DNA of 64,000 nucleotides from Zygnema circumcarinatum SAG 698-1b. Its lineage: Eukaryota; Plantae; Zygnematophyceae. The DNA lies in the NCBI GenBank assembly GCA_037447605.1, contig CM074808.1, forward strand, positions 3,596,001-3,660,000, written 5' to 3'. The translations under genes and the position numbers were made by a program. Within the stretch, counting starts at the first letter, position 1; every line of letters starts with the position of its first letter. This document shows positions 1 to 13,081 of this stretch, piece after piece. Below the pieces are notes generated by a model that made no database searches, had not been told where the DNA came from, and saw nothing but the letters and a program-made list of their open reading frames with translations.

Positions 1-449
1 CTGCAGCCATGGCCGAGGGGATGCTGTGAGCTGGTTCCCTTCTTGGAGAGCCGTTTTCAAGTAAATATTCTACATCCTGTATGGATCCTGCACTTGGATC
101 TCTTTCTTCTGCTGTTGGCTGCGTTGGTTAGCCGTTGTCATGATCGATGTAGGCTATTTGCTGCGCATTCCTCATCCTTTTTCTGGAGCATGCAAAGATT
201 GTTAATGATTGTTAAGTCTGAATGACCAGTTCTATGCACTGAGAATATAGAGGTTGGAAGGCAGCTACTCTTCACTTCACCCCTAAGGATCGTGCAAATC
301 CAGCTGGAAGGAGTGAAGGCTTCAGGAATCTCACATAGGACAGATCCATAGATTCTGATTTCTCACCTGAAAATCCCTGACATGCGCTAATTTTGCCCGT
401 TTCTGGACCAGGTTTTGTGAGCAAAAAAGCGCCTCCGATTGCTCCGGAT

Positions 450-3400
450 ATGGCAATGAGGCAAAGCTACAGAGCAGCTACACAACAGAGGAGAAATTAT
501 GTAATTGCATCCGTAGTCGTTTTAGTCCTGATTATTTTGGCCTTCTGGGTGTATTCAGCACCTGCAGGACGGGTAAGTGTTCCTTGTTTCTTCCAATACT
601 TGAGCACGTTGGTCGTTCAGGATTCACCATGAATGTAGTAAGTTCAGTGGGTACAGCCTGAAAGAATTCAATTATGAGCTTGTAAGCAGCATTTGATCAT
701 CATCTCAAGGCCAAGGATCGGGCATGCCTGGTTACGACTGTTTGCAGTAGTAAGAGAGTAACTGGAGTCAAGTAGGAACAGTTAGCTGTAAATTTTGTTT
801 GGCCCTAAGTGGCCCTCTGAAGCTTTTGTATGCACTGATCTGAAGCTGGAGCATGTCGATGGATTCGATGTTATCTGACTTTCTGTGCAGTCGCCCTTAT
901 CGCTTGCCTTTTAAATCACGAATTGTGATCTGCTGATACTTGTACACTAGAGAACTGAGTAGGTGTTAATATGGCTGCTTTGAGTCACGTTTTATTTTTT
1001 CCTTCTATGTGCATATATAACGCATATCAGATTCGTTGTGCATGCTTGTCAACAATTGTACATTGTGGTTGTTACTGGCTGGAAGCTTCTGTAACGTCAG
1101 AGATCAGAGTTGCAAAAGTTGGGAGACAAAAGGTGTTTCGAGTTGGAACTCATTCTGATCCTAGTAGACTCTTGCAATGCTCCACTTGATATAGGCTGGC
1201 TCTGTCTGTGGTGAGTTATGAGAGAAGAGAAGCACATCTTTCTATACCTTTATTTTGATCAGATTCTCCAATGGAATGTCCTCAGCAAATGCAACAATTG
1301 TTTATTGGCCCGATCTATAGCGGAAGCATTACTATACAGACTTTTCGAAGCAGGAAAACGGAGTGTTGTGCAGTCAAAAATCTGCACTCAGGAGCCTAAC
1401 TAGTTCAGAAATGCCCTGTTGATGGTGTCAATCAGTCAAACGATTCCTGCGTGGTTACATTGGCAGCGTAATAGCTGAATCCCCTTGACAAGTGGAGTTG
1501 ATCATCACAGTCGTTGAAGCTCACGTTCTCCCCATTGTTCTGTAGGTAGGTCCATTGCTTGGCTTCAGTTGTCTTGATGCCAATCAGTTTGATCTGTGAG
1601 CGCAGCTTGCAACACCATATCAGCCGGTGGAGCTTCCGGATGGAGTTGTAACTACAGACAGTCAATTGACCAAGTCAGAGGAAAGCAAGCAGCAAAAGAG
1701 TGACGATGGAAGTGACGATGGCGTGAAGGAAACTGACGATCCGGCTGTGGAAGCGGAGTTTAAAGAAATTCTGCAAAAAGGAGGAACAAAAGAAGCTAAA
1801 GCGGCTGAAGAGGTAGATCGTGATGTTGCTGAGGAAGATAGAGAGAAGCCAGAAGTCACCAGTCCAATAACGAGCGCCAATGATACTGAGCAGGCAACAG
1901 ATGCTCAAACTGCGGGATCTGACAGAGATGAAGCTGAAACTGCAGAAGAAAGGGGAACAAAAAAGCCTATGACAGAAGAACAGAAGCAGCTTCCCAAGGA
2001 ACAAGAGACAGAAGAGAAATCAGAGACTGGAGATGGGGAGGCTTCGGATGCCGCAATGACAGAAGAACAGAAGCAGCTTCCCAAGGAACAAGAGACAGAA
2101 GAAAAATCAGAGACTGGAGATGGGGAGGCTTCGGATGCCACAAGTGTCGAAAAGGAGGGGACTACTGAGGAAAATCAGGAGAGAGAAGTGGGAATGGGTA
2201 CAAATGAGGGAGCAGAGGACACTTCGGAAGTGGAGCAGGAGCGGAAGCGGAGAAAGCAACGAGCTGTCGCAGGAGAAGACGAAATAGGAGGTTCTTCGGG
2301 AGGGCGTGAGGGAGTCAAACTAGAAGGCGGGGAAATAGCAACAGAAGGAAATGAACTCGTTGTGAATGATCGTCCGGGGGAAGGGGAGGAAGGGAAGAGT
2401 GAAACAGAAGGTGAAAGTGGGAAACCGAGGGAAGATGAGTTTGGTAGGACACAAAAACTACTGTCGTCAAAGCCAACTTACAGGTATGGTAAAGCGCGGA
2501 AGCGTGTGGAGGATGTGGATGACAAGCTAACAAATGAGGAAGAAGTTACGTTGGGGAGAACTTCGGCCGCGAAAAAAGTTAGATTTAGGCATGAGTCTGA
2601 GAGGGAGGAGGACGAGGAAGGAAGCTACAACGGACCACAAGAAACTTTAGGCGGAGGACCAAGGCTCTCCTCTGGCTCATCTAAGTTTCCTCAATATAAG
2701 AGCAGAGAAGGAGCATTTGAGAGAGAAACGACCAAGGACAGTGAAGAGGGGAAGTTGAAGAGTGGCGCTGAGGAGGAGAGCCGCGATAGGGCTACCTCGA
2801 GTGAATTTGATGAAGCTATTGCTGTCCCACGTGGTAAGTCGCAGACAAAGGCTGAAACAAAGTACATGAGAGAGGAAAGGACAGGGGGAGATGTTCAGAC
2901 TCGAGAAGACGGGGCAGAAAATGAGAATATCAACTGGAAGAAACGTGGGGGAGTGAGAGGTGGAGATGTGGATGCACGTGAGGAAGGAGTGGAAGGTAAG
3001 AGTACCAAGTGGGGAATGCGTGGAGGAGAGAAAGTTGCAGCTGCTCAGACACACGAAGATGGGACATACGGTGAGAGCACGAAGTGGGGAAGTCGTAGAG
3101 GAGAGGGTTTTGGAGATACTCAGACACAAGAGGAAGTTGTGCCAGAAGGTCAGAGGACCAAGTGGGGGAGGCGTGGAGGAGGGAGGGGTGGAAATGTTGA
3201 GACACGAGAAGAATACGGGGCAGAAAGTGAGAATATCAAGTGGAAGAAACGTGGGGGAGTGAGAGGTGGAGATGTGGATGCACGTGACGAAGGAGTGGAA
3301 GGTAAGAGTACCAAGTGGGGAATGCGTGGAGGAGAAAAAGTTGCAGCTGCTCAGACACACGAAGATGAGACAGAAGGTGAGAGTACGAAGTTGGGAAGTC

Positions 3401-6400
3401 GCAGAGGAGAGAGTTTTGGAGATACTCAAACACGAGAGGAAGTTGTGCCAGAAGGTCAGAGGACCAAGTGGGGGAGGCGTAGAGGAGGAAGGGGTGAAAA
3501 TGTTGAGCCACGAGAAGAAGTAGGAGGGATAGAAGTTGAGAGCACCAAGGTTGGGATTGTTGGAAGAGAAGGTTTTGGTGATGCTCAGGCACAAGAGGGT
3601 GATGGGACAGAAGGTGCGAGTACCAAATGGGTGCGTGGTGGAAAGAGATTCAATAATTATCGGACACAAGAGGAAGGAGAGTCAAAAGTTGAGAGTGCCA
3701 ACTCGTTGAGGGAGGGAGGAGGGACGGGTAGAGAAATTCGGACACAAAACGACGAGGCTCGTGAAGTTGGGATTACAGGTACTTGGGGAAGTCGTGGAGG
3801 AGATAAAATTGGAGGTGTTCAGACACGTGGGGAAGAAGGGACTGAAGGTGAGAGTTCTTGGGAAAAGCGTGGAGGAGGGGGAGTTACAAGCTTTCAGACA
3901 CAAGAGAAAGAAGGAACAGAAGGGGAAAGTTCTACGTGGGGAAAGCGAGAGGGAATTAGGAATGTTCAGTCACGAGAGGAAGAAGGGTCAGAAGGTGAGA
4001 GTCCAACTTGGGGAAAGCGTGGAGGAGAGCGGGTGAGGAATGTTCAGTCACGAGAGGAAGAAGGGACAGAAGGTGCGAGTCCAACTTGGGGAAAGCGTGG
4101 AGGAGAGGGGGTGAGGAATGTTCAGTCACGAGATGAAGAAGGGACAGAAGGTGAGAATACAAAGTTGGTGGGGAATGGAGAGACGGGTAGAGATGTTCAA
4201 TCACGAGAAGAAGAGGTAATAGGAGGTGCGAGTACAGAATGGGAAAGGCAAAGAGGAAAGGGGAGTGGAGATTTTCAGAGTCGACAGGAAGAAGGGACAG
4301 AAAGTGAGAGTACACGATTGGAAGGCAATGGAGGAAGGCGCGGACGGCAAATTGTGTCAACGGAGAAAGGTATGGGAGGAGAGAATAATGCAGACGAAAC
4401 TATTGACAAGCAGAGGAGTGTTGGCAAGGACGACGAAAATTCGGAAGTAGCAGAGAAGGGAGTCACAGAGACACAAGGGAACAAGGCGCTGGAGACTGAA
4501 AGCTTGGGAGCAGAGGATCGGGCCAAATCGGGAGAAGAATCTTTACAGGAAGACGTTAGTACTCAGCCAGAGCCACATCGACTGGAAACTATTGGAGAGC
4601 CGTTGGAAAAAAAACCTTCGACTGAAGATGGTCAGGTGGCCCTATCAGGGGATGGTGAGGGGAACCCGACCCAGTCAGGTGATGAGAGTGAGTCCATTAA
4701 TGCTAGTAGCAGCTCCAAGGAAAGTGGAAACGAGATTCTATCAGATGTCTCGGTTGAAAGTCAGGTAGGATCAACAGGAGGCAAGGAGGAAGTAGCCCGA
4801 GAGGAGGAAGTCCGCCCGGCTGAGAAGGGGGATAAGAAGTCCAATTCTTTCCTTGGATGGTTTTGGAAAGGAGCAGGGGATAAGAGCGTTTCAGAAAACG
4901 AGACTAAGAGTAGTGAAGAACCAGACCAGTCCGTTGAAACAGGAGAGGAACGTCCCACTACTCTTCAATCTCCTCGCTTATCAAATGGAGGAGCCCAAGA
5001 GGAGTCCACGGGGACGGGAAGTGAAGGAATGGCGGGAGAAAATGTTGAACTGGGAAATCAGGTAACAAAGGGACGAGATGGGAATGGAGGAGATGAGAAG
5101 ACCTCCTCAGAAACAGGATCGAAGCCGTCTGATCAAATGACAGATCAGAGCATTTTAGAAAATGGTGAAGCAGGGCTGGGGGAAGGGGACACTACCCTAA
5201 AAAGTTCTTACTCTAATTCTAAGGTCTCGATGGAAGAGCATATTGATGACTCAGCAAAACGAGCTCGTGCTGAATCGGTAAGTAATGACGAAACGATTGG
5301 GGCAAGCGGGGATGGAGGAGAGAATGGAAAGGGTGTGGAAGATAAGGGAGTAGGTGCAGGCGCGGACACTTATTCAGAAGAACAAAAAATGTCCGCTCGG
5401 AAACAGCTGAACAGCATTCGAGAGAACGATGGACTGCAAGCAGATGAGCCTCAGCGAGAGGAAGGCGGGCCGTCACAGAAGGTGGAAGGGAAACAGGAAG
5501 AGGGTCTCGGATTGGAAGGATCTTCCAGCCCTGGTGAGAGTTCGGAAATGTCTGAAACTGGAAGCCAGCAAACAGAGGGTTCTGTCAGACATAGAGAGAG
5601 TAGACAACCTGTGGGAGGAGACGGTGAATTAGCACAGACGGCTTCATCAGGAGGCGACGAGACTGGGTTGAGTTCAGTTACTGGTGGCTCCGTCCTTGAG
5701 GTATGGAGAGGAAGGATCGAGTTTATCGTTGTCAATGAGTGGCATTGCTGGGATTTTCGTGTATTATTTTGACATCAGAAGCTTTTTTTCAACAGAGCTT
5801 TCTTGTCCTTGAGACCTTACCCGTTATTCCATGCAATTACCTTTATCGAATCACATATAACATAAAGCATGAGCCGAGCATCTTCATTCAGTCATCAGAA
5901 GTGCACAATCTGTTTGAAAAGTCCAATCTCGTCTCCTTCGAGAGTGACGTCTACTTCGAGAGATTGACTTTCAAGTGTTCCTTCTGCTTTCATTGGCTAT
6001 GTGAGAGCAGGTGCAGAAAGACAAGCTGGAGAATGCTGAGGATGAACTGACTGCACCTCCTCAGATGGGAGAAGACTCAAACAGCAAGGAGGCAGTTGTG
6101 ACATCTGAATCTGAAACTGTAAGCTCTAAAAACCCTAAAATCCTTAAAATCCCTAAATACGCATATTGACTACATGGTGGTGCACATAGTGTCTGCTGGG
6201 GGTCCAAAGGCATGAGAGAGGGGTTGGTTCAGAAAGAGACTCAGTTAGTCTTGACCGTAAAACACTGTCAATTCTCGTAAAAGTCCTGTCAATGAATCTA
6301 CTTTCTTCTTCTGTATCTGTCACAGGCTGCCGAGCTGGAAACCAAGAAGTCTTCAGTCAGCTCTGTCTCCCAAGTTGCAGTTCAGACATATCCATTAGTT

Positions 6401-9400
6401 GCAGATCCCACAATGGAATGGAAACTATGTGAAATTGGCATGGTGGATTATAATCCTTGCCATGACAACACTGCTTTCCTCAAAAGCGACGAAGCTTCCA
6501 ACCTCACCAGTATTGAACGGAGAGAGAGGCACTGTCCGGCACCTGGGGAGTCAGAGCAATGTCTTGTTCCCCTTCCCGTGGGCTATAAGGAGCACATAAA
6601 GTGGCCTGACAGTCGAGATCAGGTACGGACTCCACTATACAGCAAGCAGCACTTCAATTTTAAAGAGTTTTAATTTTTACTGTTGTCAATTTCTGGTTCA
6701 TTTGTTCCCTGCTGTCTCCATGTTATACGGAAGCCATGGCGGTATTTACGTTTCAATATATGGAAGGGATGCTGATTGGGTACGTGTTCTTGTGATATTC
6801 AGATCTGGCTGGCAAATATTCCCCACTACGACTCATTAACATACAAACAGCTCCGCAGTTGGGTAAGATCGGACGGTGAAAAGCTGCTCTTTTCTGGTGG
6901 GAAAGTTCAAAGCCAGCATGGGGCCGATGACTATATCAACTCAATAGAAGAAGTGAGAATTCTCGTCCTTCACTCCGCCCTCACAACAGCTGCAAAATTA
7001 CATAATGCTTTGTGCATGCCCTACTCTCTCTGTTTCCCATCTTCCCTTCCTCTCACCTTCTATGAAGAGAACATTCAACAGCTACCTCTCACCCCTTTTT
7101 GCACTGTGTTGTTTCCTCTCTTGAACTCCAGTCTGTTCCTGAAATCGGCTTCGGAAAACATTCCAAAGTTGTCCTCGATGTGGGCTCCGGACTAGCCTCT
7201 TTCGGTGCCTCCCTTGAGCAGCGCAGTGTTTCAGTTCTGTCAGTCGCTCCCAAGGACCTGCTTCAAGCCCAGGTCCAAATGGTGTTAGAGAGGGGCCTCC
7301 CAGCCATGGTTATGGTTTTGGCCTCTCAGCGGCTGAGCTTTCCTGCAAATGTGTTTGATGTGATCCACTGTGCGAAATGCCGCGCAAAATGGCGCTCCAA
7401 TGGTAAGTATTCATTCGTTGAACTCTTTGACGTCCAGCTTATTGCATTCCTTAACCAGGGATCTCATACCATTTCTTAGCCAGAGAGCTTATATCATTCC
7501 TTAACCAGCTTACACCATTCCTTAACCAGAAAGCTTATACCATTCCTTAACCAGAAAGCTTATACCATTCCTTAACCAGAGAGCTTCTACCATTCCTTAT
7601 TAACCTTTCCTTAGCAAGAGAGAAGAGCATGAGAGCTGCCTTTTTTCGTTAGAGAAGTGGCATGTGCAAGGTGGTATGCAGAACATGGGAGATCTGCCCT
7701 GCATGGTACTGTGGAGTAAGGGGTTGCTCTCACAGTGATGGATCGTTTTGAGATTTTTACCTTGTGCGTTGTTGTAAATTGGGGAGGGCAGGTGGCAGGC
7801 TCCTGCTAGAGGTGAACCGCCTCTTAAGGCCTGGAGGATTTTTCATATGGTCAGCTGCCCCGGTGTATCAAAAAGCGAAGGTTTCGCAGCAGATGTGGAA
7901 TAGTATGCGCATCACATCACTCCTCTTCTACGCACAATCATTTTATGGATAGATGAATTGGACATGGATCAGGGAATTCTACTCATCTATGAGTTTGCTA
8001 ACATGTTTATATCAAGGCGTGAATGCGAAAATAAGAATGTTTCAGACTTGTGCATCTCTAGGCCTACGAAGTGAATGGCTAGTCGTCTGGTTAGCAATAG
8101 AAAGGGTGCTTATATGTTGATGTGTAGGCTGCCTTTTGACTAGGTAAGGGAGACAAGTGCCAAATGACGTGCTGCTGATGTGGGTTGAAGTCTGGGGTCT
8201 ATGGGATGGCTGGTTGACCAGTGGTGAACGATATCGCTGACCAAATGTGTTGGAAACTGTTGGTGAGGACGACTAAGCCAAAGAAGATGGGATTTGCTGT
8301 CTGGCAAAAACCCACTGACAATTCCTGCCTGGATAAGACGAAGGAGAGCGGCATCAACGTCTGTCCAAAAGAGGATAATCCTGATGCTGCCTGGTGAGTC
8401 CAAGCTGGAATAAGTGCTGAAATGAGTGCCTTGCAAGGATTGTTGTAAGGGCGAGTAAAAAAATCGAGCAAAAGGTAGGAAGCTCGGGATAGATGTTGTC
8501 AAAGTGACTGGGCATCTTACGACAGGGAGTTGTATGTGGATGTGATGTATTACGGTCGGGCTAGTTGATGAAAATTTGGAGAAGAATCTGTGGACTGAGG
8601 GGATGAAGGCGAAGTTGCTTTGAATAGGGAAATACATTTTCCAAACTCAAGTTAAGTACCGAAAAGTTGAGGCTGCATTTGCAGTTGGCAAGGTTTGCTC
8701 ATTGAAGTTTGGATTGTTTGTGTAAGTCACTTGATTTGAGAAGTTCGATCTTTAGGCAGCAGACATTTTCATGGCAGACAGCCCCTTTTTCTGTTTGTAA
8801 GGTTGCAGACTCTTCTTGTCTTATCCTTTTGGCGGTTAAACATCGCCTTTTCACTGCATATGCCCACGAAGCTCTCTTTCGGACCTATCATAGAGCTGCC
8901 CTTACTCGTATGAACATTCAGTATGATGAACTTCTTTGCCTTTTCTTGTTCTTTTCAGGCGTATTCCTGCAGAGCCCTGCTTTCACAAGATCCCTACTGG
9001 CGAAACGGAGCGAGGTTCACAGTGGCCTGCTCCGGGTGGATTATTTGGGAAGAAGCCCACTGACGACGAGCGCCTGAACAAGGTGCCTTATTGGCTGGAA
9101 GCGACTGGAAAGGGGATTTTTGGAAGGCCACAAAGGGATGAATACGCACGCGATACTCTTCGCTGGCTCAGAATCGTTACGAAAATGTATATGAAGGAAC
9201 TTGGCATTGACTGGTCAAATGTGCGCAATGTCATGGACTGCAATGCCTATTATGGAGGGTGAGTTTCTTTGAGCAATTCTTTCACCTCTCTCTTTGTATT
9301 CCCGGAAGAGTGAAGCGTATGGTCGGTAAACGAAAGTAACTCACGATATTGTATTTATATTCGAGGCAATTTGATTGCTGAGTCCACAACACAGGCATCA

Positions 9401-12400
9401 CTGTGAAGTAGCTTGAAAGCCTTATTGTAAATATGTTACGGGTAGTGTGAGTTTTGGGCCTTACTCCAATGCTCTCCGTTCGTGAAACTATGGCTGGTCC
9501 CAATGTGTGGGCGAATTTTAGATTCAAGCAGGTCGCTGGAAATGGCCTTAGCTGCTTCCCCCTGCTCATGTGCCTAACCATGCCCACATTTCAAAGAATT
9601 GTATTCCTCAAAAAGCTATATCGCTTATGAGCTCCTTTCATGTTCAGGTTTGGCGCAGCGCTGCAAGCGTTCCCCGGAAATGTATGGGTGATGAATGTAG
9701 TGCCTGTCAATGGGCCCGACACTCTGCCCATCATCTTCGAGAGAGGCCTCCTTGGCGTCTACCACGATTGGTGCGAAGCATTCAGCACTCCTCCGCGCTC
9801 GTACGACCTCCTGCATGTTACTTACATTCTGTCGGACGTGGAAGGAAGGTAAGTGACTAATGGCGAAGGGCCACGTTGGCATTGTCCTCTGTCCACTCTC
9901 CTCCCCTCCCCTCCCCCAGACCTCTCCTTCATTTCCCTTCCACTTCCTTCGTAGACCTAGTCTCCCACTCCCTCTCCCTCTCCCTCTCCCTCTCCCTCTC
10001 CCTCTCCCTCTCCCTCTCCCTCTCCCTCTCCCTCTCCCTCTCCCTCTCCTTCTCCCTCTCCCTCTCCCTCTCCCTCTCCCTCTCTCTCTCCCTCTCCCTC
10101 TCCCTCTCCCTCTCCCTCTCCCTCTCCCTCTCCCTCTCCCTCTCCCTCCTCCCTCTCCCTCTCCCTCTCCCTCTCCCTCTCCTTCTCCCTCTCCCTCTCC
10201 CTCTCCCTCTCCCTCTCCCTCTCCTTCTCCCTCTCCCTCTCCCTCTCCCTCTCCCTCTCCCTCTCCCTCTCCCTCTCTCCCTCTCCTCTCCCTCTCCCTC
10301 TCCCTCTCCCTCTCCCTCTCCTCTCCCTCTCCCTCTCCCTCTCCCTCTCCCTCTCCCTCTCCCTCTCCCTCTCCCTCTCCCTCTCCCTCTCCCTCTCCCT
10401 CTCCCTCTCCCTCTCCCTCTCCCTCTCCCTCTCCCTCTCCCTCTCCCTCTCCCTCTCCCTCTCCCTCTCCCTCTCCCTCTCCCTCTCCCTCTCCCTCTCC
10501 TCTCCCTCTCCTCTCCCTCTCCTTCTCCCTCTCCCTCTCCCTCTCCCTCTCCCTCTCCCTCTCCCTCTCCCTCTCCCTCTCCCTCTCCCTCTCCCTCTCC
10601 CTCTCTCCCTCTCCCTCTCCCTCTCCCTCTCCTTCTCCCTCTCCCTCTCCCTCTCCCTCTCCCTCTCCCTCTCCCTCTCCCTCTCCTTCTTCCTCTCCTC
10701 TCCCTCTCCCTCCCTCTCCCTCTCCCTCTCCCTCTCCCTCTCCCTCTCCCTCTCCCTCTCCCTCTTCCTCTCCCTCTCCCTCTCCCTCTCCCTCTCCCTC
10801 TCCCTCTCCCTCTCGCTCTCCCTCTCCCTCTCCCTCTCCCTCTCCCTCTCCCTCTCCCTCTCCCTCTCCCTCTCCCTCTCCCTCTCCCTCTCCCTCTCCC
10901 TCTCCCTCTCCCTCTCCTCTCCCTCTCCCTCTCCCTCTCCCTCTCCCTCTCCCTCTCCTGTCCCTGTCCCTCTCCCTCTCCCTCTCCCTCTCCCTCTCCC
11001 TCTCCTTCTCCCTCTCCCTCTCCCTCTCCCTCTCCCTCTCCCTCTCCCTCTCCCTCTCCCTCTCCCTCTCCCTCTCCCTCTCCCTCCTCTCCCTCTCCTC
11101 CCTCTCCCTCTCCCTCTCCCTCTCCTCTCCCTCTCCTCTCCTTCTCCCTCTCCCTCTCCCTCTCCCTCTCCCTCTCCCTCTCCTTCTCCCTCTCCCTCTC
11201 CCTCTCCCTCTCCCTCTCCCTCTCCCTCTCCTCTCCCTCTCCCTCTCTCCTCTCCCTCTCCCTCTCCCTCTCCCTCTCCCTCTCCCTCTCCCTCTCCCTC
11301 TCCCTCTCTCCTCTCCCTCCTCTCTCTCCCTCTCCCTCTCTCTCTCCCTCTTCCTCTCCCTCTCCCTCTCCTCTCCCTCTCCCTCTCCCTCTCCCTCTCC
11401 CTCTCTCCCTCTCCCTCTCCCTCTCCCTCTCCCTCTCCCTCTCCCTCTCCCTCTCCCTCTCCCTCTCTCTCTCCCTCTCCCTCTCCCTCTCCCTCTCCCT
11501 CTCCCTCTCCCCTCTCCCTCTCCTTCTCCCTCTCCCTCCCTCTCCCTCTCCCTCTCCCTCTCCCTCTCCCTCTCCCTCTCCCTCTCCCTCTCCTCTCCCT
11601 CTCTCCCTCCCTCTCCCTCCCTCTCCCTCTCCCTCCCTCTCCCTCTCCCTCTCCCTCTCCCTCTCCCTCTTCCTCTCCCTCTCCCTCTCCCTCTCCCTCT
11701 CCCTCTCCCTCTCCCTCTCCCTCTCCCTCTCCCTCTCCCTCTCCCTCTCCCTCTCTCCCTCCCTCCCTCCCTCCCTCCCCCTCCCCCTCCCCCTCCCCCT
11801 CCCCCTCCCCCTCCCCCTCCCCTCCCTCCCCCTCCCCCTCCCCCTCCCCTCCCCCTCCCCTCCCTCCCCCTCCCCCTCCCCTCCCCCTCCCCCTCCCCTC
11901 CCTCCCTCCCCCGTCCCCGTCCCCATCCCTCCCCCTCCCCCTCCCTCCCCTCCCCCTCCCCCTCCCCCTCCCCTCCCTCCCTCCCCTCCCCCTCCCTCCC
12001 CTCCCCCTCCCCCTCCCCCTCCCCTCCCTCCCCTCCCCCTCCCCATTCCCCCTCCCCTCCCCTCCCCCTCCCCTCCCTCCCTCCCTCCCTCCTCTCCCTC
12101 CCCTCCCCTCTCCCCCTCCCCTCCCCCTCCCCCTCCCCCTCCCCCTCCCCCTCCCCCTCCCCCTCGATTCTTTTCCCTTGTTATGCAGATGCAATCCGAT
12201 GGAGGTGATGCTGGAACTAGACCGGATCCTACGGCCCAATGGCTGGGTCGTTTTCAAAGACAAGGAGGAGAATGCTCTATTTATTCGAAATGTGACTGCG
12301 TCCCTGCACTGGGAGGAGAAGCACTACAAGAATGAGAAATCGGGGGCTACGTTGGTCTTCCAGAAAGGCTTCTGGCGGCCTAGTGGGAGTGGGGCTCCTG

Positions 12401-12417
12401 CTTTGGACGCAGCTTAA
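450..12417 (+). CDS. Putative SAM-dependent methyltransferase, PMT/Methyltransf_29 (DUF248) family; type II membrane protein with very long acidic stem, roughly 1,950-2,000 aa
   Basis: Exon 450-572 encodes MAMRQSYR...[18 protein letters not shown] (short cytosolic tail plus TM helix). Giant exon 1606-5700 (acceptor gcgcag, donor GAG|gtatgg). Further exons ~6011-6118, 6326-6622 ([34 protein letters not shown]), 6803-6953, 7132-7402 ([14 protein letters not shown]; ERGLPAM; FDVIHC), 7792-7902 ([17 protein letters not shown]), 8222-8393, 8959-9258 ([13 protein letters not shown]), 9648-9849 ([22 protein letters not shown]), 12189-12417 ([12 protein letters not shown]). These motifs are diagnostic of the family. 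Confidence 0.92.
1969..2140 (+). repeat. In-frame 87-bp tandem duplication ([28 protein letters not shown] x2)
   Basis: Near-identical copies start at 1969 and 2056. Confidence 0.9.
2870..4350 (+). repeat. Coding minisatellite in the PMT stem: ~25-aa units ([19 protein letters not shown]) with a 306-bp higher-order duplication
   Basis: About 17 degenerate units are visible in the translation. Blocks near 2880-3185 and 3186-3491 are near-identical at offset 306, matching the paired ORFs at 2960 and 3266. Confidence 0.85.
7445..7600. repeat. Intronic ~25-bp minisatellite (cattccttaaccagaaagcttatac), about 6 copies
   Basis: Directly visible tandem units in a PMT intron. Confidence 0.85.
9961..12165. 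repeat. ~2.2-kb polypyrimidine tract, (CTCCCT)n grading into (CTCCCC)n, in the last PMT intron
   Basis: Almost exclusively C/T. It lies between donor AG|gtaagt (~9850) and acceptor tgcag (~12188). Confidence 0.95.
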
Positions 12418-12950
12418 GTTAAGATCCAAGGAAGGGCCAGGAAGGTCCTCCAGATACATTGACTATGGGCCCAATTGGCTCTCAGCAATGAGTCCACTTG
12501 TAAGGATTAGGATGAGGGTTTTCCACAGGCTGCTTTTTCTGCAAGAGTTGTGTGGATTGTTGGGACTGCCAGGGTTCAAGGGTCAGGGTTCAGGAGCAGC
12601 TTAAGGAGTTCGTGTTATGAATTGTGTAGGTTTTCGTTGCTTCAATTCTTTCTTTGCATTTTTCGCCTTTATTGCTTTCCATGGGGACGGGGATCGTGTG
12701 ATGTCATGGGCTTTATTCGCTGTATTTGGGTCAACTTTAGCAGGCGTGAGTGTAACAGGATCGGAGTTGGAAAATCGTTTGCTTGTTGCCGTAAGATTTC
12801 CTTGTCCCGCGTTGAGCCCCTGCCATTGTGCGATTATGGAGCAAAACTGGAACTGAAATCAGCAGTGGGGAGTAAGGTCATTTGTATGAACCAGGTTCAG
12901 CCACAATGAGTTCATTGAAAAAATCAAACCTATAATTGAAAAAGTTAATC

Positions 12951-13081
12951 ACTATCTACACCTTTTTTTTTTTACATACACATTTTTTATAAAAAAAACC
13001 GCCAATACCATAGTAATCCTACAAGAACGTTTGACCCGCGGAAGAATGTGTGTATCTAGACAGAAAAGGTGTGTAAATAGT
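12951..13081. repeat. Short imperfect inverted repeat (~38-bp arms), possible degenerate MITE
   Basis: Left arm actatctacacctttttt..acatacacatt matches the reverse complement of aatgtgtgtatctagacagaaaaggtgtgtaaatagt. No clear TSD. Confidence 0.35.

Noticed and set aside
2930-4100. WG repeats as Argonaute hooks or RGG RNA-binding motifs
   Set aside because: The segment follows the TM helix of a type II protein and should be lumenal, away from AGO and RNA.
2677-4360. Long antisense and alternate-frame ORFs over the PMT giant exon
   Set aside because: Shadows of a purine-rich repetitive coding strand; no recognisable domains.
7445-7600. Regular short repeats as a CRISPR array
   Set aside because: Head-to-tail minisatellite with no unique spacers, in a eukaryotic intron.
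9860-12335. Four 700-820-aa ORFs (poly-LP/SP/RG/ER) resembling extensins
   Set aside because: They are stop-free readings of a C/T hexamer tract inside a PMT intron whose flanking exons join correctly.
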